Below, one piece after another: positions 56,201 to 64,000 of a stretch of DNA of 64,000 nt (positions within the stretch are counted from its first letter, which is position 1; each line of letters begins with the position of its first letter). This DNA comes from a virus (lineage: Duplodnaviria > Heunggongvirae > Uroviricota > Caudoviricetes): IMG/VR virus record IMGVR_UViG_3300042892_003674; one strand, given 5' to 3'. The notes below the pieces were generated by a model. That model had not been told where the DNA came from. It ran no database searches and was given only the letters and a program-made list of their open reading frames with translations. Made by a program: the position numbers and the translations under genes.

Positions 56201-59200
56201 AGAGTTATAGTTTGAATACAACTTGGAATGATAATAAAGGTTCGATTACTATTCGTCAGGAACAAGAGTGGAGAAACTTTTCTTATGAGAAGTTTATGAG
56301 GGTTGTTGATAATTGGTATGAAGATGATGATGAGATAAGATATATTGAAATAATATTAGATAATAAATGAAACACTTAAAAAAATACAATGAAGCGGTTG
56401 GTGGTGTGAATGGAGTTAATGATTTCTGTGAGGGTTACTTAGCAAATATTTTAGATGATGATTCTTATCAGTTTAATGTAACAGAGCAAATGTCTGGCCA
56501 TAGGGTATCACCATCGTATTATTTTAGTTTATACAAAGTAGGTAATGGTGCATATGATATAATTCAGTGGGATGAGATTAAGGATCAGATTATACCATTT
56601 TTACATATGTTGATAAGAGAGTATAGTATTGAACCTATGAGACTTATAGATCAATCGAAGCTAACCTATCAAACAAAAAACGTTTATATAGATGATAATC
56701 CTAGAAACAGAACGATTCAGTTTAACAGGTATTTACCGGATACTTATAGTTCTGATCTTTATTATATGGATGTGAGGAATGTTATAAAGGACGAGGATGT
56801 TCCTGAAAAATTCTATCGAATACAATTACAATTTTACTAATATAATATATAGTTCTATGAAATACTTAAAACCATTTAACGAAGCCGTAACACAAGACGA
56901 CATTGAATTATGTTGTGTTGATTTATTTGATGATGGATTTGAATTAAATGGTTATAATAAGACTGGTAAAACAATAATTCAGTTAGTGAAGAATATTACT
57001 TCTTCATTACCAGACGATCAATCTAATATAGTTGTAGTTGATGAACATTCAAAGAATTATAGACAAGGTACAATAACTATATCAGGTAGAAATTTTGATC
57101 ACGTTATTGCAAAAGAAAGATCTAGTGATCTACCATTTACTGAGAATGAGAATAAACTTATAAGTCAAGTTAGTGATGCTGCAAATCTATTGAGACATTA
57201 TAGTAGTACTAATGGTGGGACTGATCGTGTTGTTATTACTATAACAAGTAGAGGAATACAGAATCCTATGAACTTTGAATATGAAAGATACTTAACACAA
57301 ATAAATATATTATTCTATATATGAGATACTTAAAAGGGTTTAATGAAGCTATTGAACAAGACAACATTGATTTATGTTGTGTTGATTTATATGATGATGG
57401 ATTTCAGTTACTAGGTTATAACAAGACTGGTAATACCTTGATTTCATTACAGAAGAAAATAGTTAGTCAATTAGATCAGTGGGATGGTCACACAGGAACA
57501 GATACTAGAGCAGGAGTTATGTGGGATGAACATTTAAGTAAGTATCAACCGGGAACTATTACTATTACTGGTGATAATTTTGATAAGGTTGAAACTAGTT
57601 TTAGACAAACTTGTGGTTGGGATAGAACTAGACCATTACCATTTACTGATGATGAGAATAAACTTATAAATCAAGTTACTGATGCGGCTAGTATATTGAC
57701 ACATTATAGTGATACTGAGGTAAAAAGAAAAAGAGTTGAAATACAAATTTCTAGTAGAGGTTTACAAAATCCTATGAACTTTGAATATGATAAATACTTA
57801 ACAATATTAAAGGTAACATTCTTCTTATGAGATACTTAAAGAGATTTAATGAGGCAATTGAACCAGATGAGATAAAAGACTTCTGTGAGCAGTATCTAGC
57901 TTATTTGTTAGATGATGGTTATGCTTTAGCTTTTAGAGAATCTGGTAGAATAACTCAAGTAGACTTTGTTAAACCAAAGGAAAATCCTTTACACGGTAGA
58001 TGGAGTCCTGGTTTTGGTGGACCGGTTGATTGGATGGATTGGGATCATATAAAAGATAGTTTTATTCCTTTTTTAAAGATGTTAGATAAGGAGTATGATG
58101 TTAAGGATAATCTTATAACTTTTCAATGTCCTAGCGCGATACAAATTCAAATATCTTTTCAGGATGTTATTGATGATAAAGTAAAAGATATACTTCATGA
58201 CAAACTTACATTAGATGCTAGAGATAGAATTAGTTCTGTTAGAATAAATGTTATCGATCATAGTGTTAAGGATTATGCTTGGCAGGTTAAAGAAGCTAAA
58301 GAAGATTGGAGAAGAAACTTCAGTGATGATGAGTTACAAGAAGTTTGTGATACATTTTTACCTTATCTTTATGATGAGGGTTTTGTTGTACACACCACGG
58401 TGCCTACTTATTTTATGTTTAAGAAAAACATTATTACACTTTGGAAAGAACAAGAAAAAGGTGATGGTCGAGGATTAGAGACTCTTCCATTTTATTGGCA
58501 TGAGATAAAAGATAGATTTCTACCACTTTTTGATTATTTGAATAAGAATTATCCGTTGGGTAAGGTTAGATTGGTTCATTATTATAATTCTTGGGAAAGA
58601 AAAGAGAACAAGAAAGAAGTGGTTTTTAAATCGGATAATGATAAAGAATCTTGGAGTGGACTTCCATTTAGTAAGTTTGAGGAGATTATGTCGAGAGATG
58701 CCGCTTATAGAAGACCAATGAAGATTGGTGAGATAATAATAGAAGTACAAAATTTAGATGAGTTATGAGATATATAAAGTTATTTGAGGGTTTTAAAGAT
58801 GATTTACTTGGATTTACTCAGGACCGCTTAGCTTATCTTATGGATGATGGATTTGATCTTACAACAAATGACACACAGAATGGTTACTGGCGTGAATATA
58901 ATGTTGATTGTGGAAAAATTTCAATAGTTAAACGTTCAGGTTTCACTTGGGAGGAAATTACTGATAGATTCTCACCGTATATTTATATGTTGAATAAAGA
59001 ATATAGTATTTTAGAAATAGTATTTCATCAGAGTGGTGGAAGACAACAACAATATGATACTAGAAAAGATATAGAAGAACTTGTAAGTGGTGAATCGGAT
59101 CAGTATCTTACCAATAAGTTGTATTGGATGATAACAATAATAGTAAACAAATGAGATATATAAAATTATTTGAAGTATTTGATAGATGGTCAAGAGATCA

Positions 59201-59975
59201 GAAATCTGAACTACAAGATTATTGTGAGACTAATCTAGCTTATCTTATGGATGATGGTTTTAAAATAAGAGTTGGTCAAAACATTGATAAAACAGTTCGT
59301 AATGTTACAATTCAAATAACTAAAAAAGATTCCGTGGATACTAGTGATATAGATAGAGAAGATTTCTTTTGGGAAGATGTTAAGGATCAAATTATACCAT
59401 TTGTTTTGAGATTAGAAAATAAGTATGATATTGAAAAGATTAGAATTTTAGGTGAGGATAATTATCGTTATATGAGAGATAATTTTGAATTTGAATTGGA
59501 TACACTACCTATTTACAAAGTATCTTATATAGATATATTTTTATCAGGTGAGAAAGATGTACTTAATGAGAGTATGTCACACAAAGAAGAGATTGAAGAC
59601 TTTTGTGATACATATTTATCTTATCTTACTGATGAAGGATTCTATATTGAGTATGAAGAGCTTTATGGTGGTCATTGCACCAATGTAACAATTAGACATT
59701 CAAAGAGAGAGGATAGTAGGTACTCTCATGATTTTAGTTGGGATGAGGTTAAAGATCGTTTCATACCATTCTTACAAATGTTATCAAAGGAATATAAACT
59801 ATTTAACTTCCATCATGAAGATTTTAATTGTAAAAGAAATCAAGTGGTTTGTATGAGAAGGTTAGATGATCTTTTATCTAGTGATTATTATAGTTATGAT
59901 GATGTTATTAAAGATACTATAAATGCAGATTTTCTCTTCTACATAAAGTTAAAGGTTGGTGGTAAACTTACCTAA
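53247..59975 (+). other. tandem array of 12 family A genes (53247, 53717, 54160, 54609, 55064, 55942, 56367, 56857, 57321, 57827, 58765, 59151); three are two-domain fusions
   Basis: Leader plus shared domain; 56857/57321 form a divergent pair (ELCCVDLFDDG / DLCCVDLYDDG). Confidence 0.9.
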
Positions 59976-60196
59976 GCTTGTTTGTTAAACGAAAATAGTT
60001 TTCTCTTAGCCACTTGTTCTAACGTTAAAAAGTATAATTTCTTTATAATATAAATATCGTGGTCAAATAAGAACATATAGCAATTATCATATTCAGATAA
60101 GGTATCATAGACTTGACCTCTCTTAAATACAATTCTTACATTACCAGTCTCACATTTGTGAGTGGCTTCATATCCTATGTTACAGATTACTTTCAT
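59972..60196 (-). CDS. family B-like small protein
   Basis: MKVIC..RGQVY..FLTLEQ. Confidence 0.6.
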   Translation of the reverse strand: MKVICNIGYEATHKCETGNVRIVFKRGQVYDTLSEYDNCYMFLFDHDIYIIKKLYFLTLEQVAKRKLFSFNKQA

Positions 60197-60596
60197 TTAA
60201 TATTTTTTCAATTTCTTTATATTCGTCTTTAGATAAACCAATCCAACTACGACATTTTACCACATTATTTATATGTCTTTCTATATCAGAAGTTTTATCA
60301 TCTATGATAACAAAGTTATCAACAGAGTTATTTTTTAACCATTCTTTTATTTCTATTCCTCTGTCTGCCTGATCTATATGAGGTGTAAAATCATAAATTT
60401 CAAAGTTTATTCCTTGTTCTTTGAAGATGGTATTTAACTGCTCTTTGGTGTGATTTAATCTCCACGTTGAGGTAATCACTATCTTTAGATCAAACTGCTC
60501 ACATAGTTGATTATATATGCATATAGCGGGTTTACTCCACTTGGTTCGCCAGTGTGGGTTTAGAACTCCGTCAATATCGGTAAATAGTACTCTCAT
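60180..60596 (-). CDS. HAD domain protein (Swiss-Army-Knife RNA repair type)
   Basis: FTDIDGVLN, IVITSTWR, RGIEIKEWL, FVIIDD. Confidence 0.85.
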   Translation of the reverse strand: MRVLFTDIDGVLNPHWRTKWSKPAICIYNQLCEQFDLKIVITSTWRLNHTKEQLNTIFKEQGINFEIYDFTPHIDQADRGIEIKEWLKNNSVDNFVIIDDKTSDIERHINNVVKCRSWIGLSKDEYKEIEKILNESNL

Positions 60597-60653
60597 ATTA
60601 GATACAAATATAGTGATAAAATTATAATATATATAATAAAAAATTATATTATT

Positions 60654-61337
60654 ATGGCAACCGCGTCATTAACTGCTACATCTTTTAGTGGTTACTTGTT
60701 GAGAGATGATGTATTAGTATTTGATCCTTCAACAGAGTGGTCGAATACCGTAAATGCTACTACTGCAACAACAGTTTATACATGGCAATCTAATGCTCAG
60801 GTAATGGCTGATACAAGTTTTAATTTACGTATAAATAGATTATATTTAGTTTTTGATACATCATCAATACCACCAAGTGCTGTAATAACATCAATCTCAT
60901 TAAAACTATATGTTGCAACTAAGTTAGGTGATACAGATTTTAAAATATACAAAACTTCTTCGCCAACCTTATCAACAACTTTACAAGTATCTGATTATAA
61001 TTTAACTAACTTTTCAACTGATTATGGTGATGGTAATGCATTTACTGTAACTTCTACAGGTGCTTATGATATTATACTGAGTCCAACCGGAAGTTTAGCA
61101 AGTGATGTGAAAAGTTTAAATGAACTTTCAATAGTTTTTAGAAATATATATGATTATGATAATACTGTACCACCAGGAACCTATAATGCAGTAAGTTTTA
61201 GATTGTCACAATCACCATCACCTTACATATCAGTTACATATACTACCGGATATGGAAATAAAGTAGATTCCATTTTAAATATGGCAAGTGTTAATGGTGT
61301 TAGTAAATCTAATATTAGTAAGATAGACGGAATATAA
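60654..61337 (+). CDS. putative virion accessory protein, beta-sandwich (DNRLRE/CBM-like)
   Basis: RLYLVFDTSSIP..AVITSISLKLYV..PYISVTY; ATATATA upstream. Confidence 0.6.
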   Translation: MATASLTATSFSGYLLRDDVLVFDPSTEWSNTVNATTATTVYTWQSNAQVMADTSFNLRINRLYLVFDTSSIPPSAVITSISLKLYVATKLGDTDFKIYKTSSPTLSTTLQVSDYNLTNFSTDYGDGNAFTVTSTGAYDIILSPTGSLASDVKSLNELSIVFRNIYDYDNTVPPGTYNAVSFRLSQSPSPYISVTYTTGYGNKVDSILNMASVNGVSKSNISKIDGI

Positions 61338-61400
61338 ATATCATTTTTTTTGTGAGTATGTATATTTTTTCTTATATTTGTAAAACAAAACAAAAACATT

Positions 61401-61595
61401 ATGGACTTATCTTTCTTCTTTTTATGTGCTGCTGCGGTAGCTATTGTTTATCTTAGACGTGACAAGTGTCTTCACAATTGGGAAGACAAGAGCGTGGAGA
61501 ATACGGTTGGTTTAGGTGAATCAAAATATAAAGTCATTCGTCAGAAGTGTACTAAGTGTGGAAAAAATAACATTGAAAAATTCCATATAAACTAA
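61401..61595 (+). CDS. small membrane-anchored Zn-finger-like protein
   Basis: TM segment plus CLHNW..CTKC; similar pattern in 37209..37424 and an ORF near 894..1052. Confidence 0.55.
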   Translation: MDLSFFFLCAAAVAIVYLRRDKCLHNWEDKSVENTVGLGESKYKVIRQKCTKCGKNNIEKFHIN

Positions 61596-61656
61596 AAACA
61601 TGTAACATCATGATATATAACTAATAATAAATAAATGTCGGGTTTTTTCTCGACAT

Positions 61657-62312
61657 TTATTGTTTAATTAGTTGACTGATTTTTTTATCTCGTTGTTTAA
61701 TAGTTTGTATCATTTCATGAATTTTCTCAAAATTATATTCGTAATGGTTATCAAACTTTAAATCTTTGCCATAATAAACTCTTATTGCCCAGTCGTAATC
61801 TTCATCATAAACTCTTATTAGAAGAACAAGTGGTTTACCGTATTGGTCTTTATAGATTTCACAATCTCTTGTTTCTTTACAATAAGAAACAATTGTTGCT
61901 TTATTATCATTTACCCAATTATCTTTTTCAAGTTTTGTCATATTCCTAATTGTTTGAGTTTTCTTTCTCTTTCTAATTCTATGAAGTTTTTTAGTAAAAA
62001 AGGATACTTTTTAATATATTTTGTTTCTAAAATCTCATTCGCTTCTATATCTTTATGAAGAAGTAAATTTAGAGATCTGCATATTTCAGTTTTCCATTTT
62101 GGATCTTGTATGTGACCCCACGGAGTTTCTGCAGTTAGTACTCTTCTTAAATATGTAAATCTTTTATTAGTACAACCAGGATAAGTAACTACACGAATAT
62201 ATTCAGCGATTTGAATACCGAATAGTAATTTTATATTACGAATGTATATTACATCTAAAGGGAATGTGGCTCTAGAGTCTGACTTTTTAGTTTTCCATTT
62301 AGAATTTATCAT
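61657..62312 (-). other. two family B tagged ORFs
   Basis: RERKLKQLGI; RDKKISQLIK. Confidence 0.7.
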
Positions 62313-62361
62313 AGGTCTTATATTTGATATTTTATATATAGTTTATAAAAATATAACAAAT

Positions 62362-64000
62362 ATGTCAGAACTTCCAAATACAGATCAACAACCATCAATA
62401 GGAAAGATGGGAAGAATTTCCTTAGCATCAATAAATACATTGGCAGGACTATCTATGTTAAGTGTGGCAAAAGTAGATGGACTTGATATTGGTGGTAAAA
62501 CACTTACTGGTAATTTTAAAAGTACTTGGAACACAAATAAAGCTGGTGTCACTAACACCAACTCAATACAATTACCTCTTGTAAATAGTGGTACATATGA
62601 CTTTACCGTTGATTGGGGAGATGGTAATACAGATTATATTACTTCTTATAATCAAGCAGAGACGTTACACGAATATGGTTCAACAGGTACATACTCAATA
62701 GCTATAAGTGGTACGTGTAGTGGTTGGTCATTTGAGCAACAACCAGATACTAGTGAGGAAGGTGGTACTTCACCATCAAATCCTTTAACCGATAGACTTA
62801 AAATTTCTTCAATTGAAGAATGGGGTTGTCTTAGATTAGGTACAGAGAACTGTAATTTTGGAGATTGTAAAAATTTAACATTAAATTCAGTAGTTGATGT
62901 TCTTAATCTATCTGGAACTGTTGACTTATATGGATTATTTCATGGATGTACTTCGTTGACAACTATTAATAAACTTAACCAATGGAATTTATCTAATATT
63001 TCAAAGGCCGATTATATGTTTTTTGGTTCCGAGTTATTTAATCAAAATATTGGTGATTGGGATGTTTCTTCAGTAACTACTATGAAAGCTATGTTTAGTA
63101 CTAGAGGAAAAACTATAATGATTTTTAACAATGGTTCAGACACTTCTATTAATAGCTGGGATACATCATCAGTAACTGATATGTCTTATATGTTTAAACA
63201 ATCTAATTTTAATCAACCAATTGGAAATTGGAACACATCACAGGTTACAAATATGAGAGCTATGTTTCTATCTAATAACTTATTTAATCAACCAATTATT
63301 AGATCAGGTACTAGTTGGAATACTAGTGATGTTACTGATATGAGTGCAATGTTTTATAATGCATATGACTTTAATCAAGATATTAGTAATTGGATAACAA
63401 CAAATGTAACTGATATGAATCTTATGTTTGCCAATGCTTATGATTTTAATTATCCTCTTACATCTTATGATGATGGATTACTTAATATTTGGAAAGTTAG
63501 TAATGTAACCGATATGACTAGTATGTTTGCAGGAACTATTTTATTTAACCAACCCCTTAATAGTTGGGATGTTAAAAACGTACAAAGTATGTCTAATATG
63601 TTTGCATACTCACAAGCATTTGATCAACCGTTATCAAATTGGGATGTTACTAATGTAGTTAATATGAATTCTATGTTTGCTGGAACTATATTCAATCAGG
63701 ATATTAGTAATTGGCAACCATATAATGTATATTATATGTCCTTTATGTTTGGTCAATCAACATTTAATAATGGTGGATCGAGTTTAATCAGCAATTGGTT
63801 TCCAGTAGGTCCCCCTTATGCACCTCAACAATGGGTTATACAAGATATGTCTTTTATGTTTTATAATTGTTTATTTAATCAACCAATTCCAGATTGGAAT
63901 ACATCAAATGTAACTACTATGGAGGGAATGTTTGGTGGATCTGCATCAGTATTCGATCAAGATATTTCTAGTTGGGATGTTGGTAATGTTACTAACTTTT
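62362..64000 (+). CDS. BspA/DUF285-type surface repeat protein with PKD-like N-domain (runs off window)
   Basis: Not in track. YDFTVDWGDG..HEY..GTY, then more than 10 repeats of FNQ.I..W.TS.VT.M..MF. Confidence 0.88.
   Translation, partial: MSELPNTDQQPSIGKMGRISLASINTLAGLSMLSVAKVDGLDIGGKTLTGNFKSTWNTNKAGVTNTNSIQLPLVNSGTYDFTVDWGDGNTDYITSYNQAETLHEYGSTGTYSIAISGTCSGWSFEQQPDTSEEGGTSPSNPLTDRLKISSIEEWGCLRLGTENCNFGDCKNLTLNSVVDVLNLSGTVDLYGLFHGCTSLTTINKLNQWNLSNISKADYMFFGSELFNQNIGDWDVSSVTTMKAMFSTRGKTIMIFNNGSDTSINSWDTSSVTDMSYMFKQSNFNQPIGNWNTSQVTNMRAMFLSNNLFNQPIIRSGTSWNTSDVTDMSAMFYNAYDFNQDISNWITTNVTDMNLMFANAYDFNYPLTSYDDGLLNIWKVSNVTDMTSMFAGTILFNQPLNSWDVKNVQSMSNMFAYSQAFDQPLSNWDVTNVVNMNSMFAGTIFNQDISNWQPYNVYYMSFMFGQSTFNNGGSSLISNWFPVGPPYAPQQWVIQDMSFMFYNCLFNQPIPDWNTSNVTTMEGMFGGSASVFDQDISSWDVGNVTNF

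Noticed and set aside
5794-58750. Overlapping track ORFs such as 5794..6078, 6930..7352, 11120..11470, 11579..11869, 19657..19986, 24257..24484, 26036..26338, 44606..44866, 48298..48681, 58248..58478
   Set aside because: Antisense or alternate-frame to well-supported genes, with no recognisable motifs.
48025-59975. Diversity-generating retroelement as source of family A variation
   Set aside because: No reverse transcriptase here, and I saw no near-identical TR/VR pair differing only at adenines; divergence is broad and includes indels.
1-64000. Bacterial chromosome or stop-codon-recoded genome
   Set aside because: Housekeeping-like genes are isolated among phage-type small ORFs. Known enzymes are full length in code 11, and TAA, TAG and TGA all terminate genes.

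Overview
AT-rich, gene-dense segment that reads as part of a large (jumbo, probably T4-like/myoviral) phage of a Bacteroidota host such as Flavobacterium. Support: about a dozen TAnnTTTG host-type promoters, a T9SS-tagged cargo protein, and thyA, folD, ung, mgsA and rpiB scattered among more than 150 short ORFs. No capsid, terminase, polymerase or integrase gene lies in the window. Two large paralog/tag families dominate. Family A has about 27 genes with an N-terminal M[KR][HY][LI]KxFNE leader and mostly a shared DFCExxLAYLxDxG...WxxIKDxxIPF domain, and these genes follow an AATATATA motif. Family B has more than 40 small proteins, many unrelated to each other, ending in R[DE]xK[LI]xxLGI, mostly downstream of TAnnTTTG promoters. 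Cis-level features not explained by the ORF track: a TA-flanked double-hairpin micro-insertion element (4 clear copies, all frame-preserving); a 28-bp 11-6-11 palindromic site (5 copies, two flanking a promoter in inverted orientation); a strand-skew inversion near 46.5 kb with a perfect DnaA box and an RHH gene (candidate origin); and a tRNA-like RNA without a canonical anticodon arm. All product calls come from motif recognition by eye; no searches were run.
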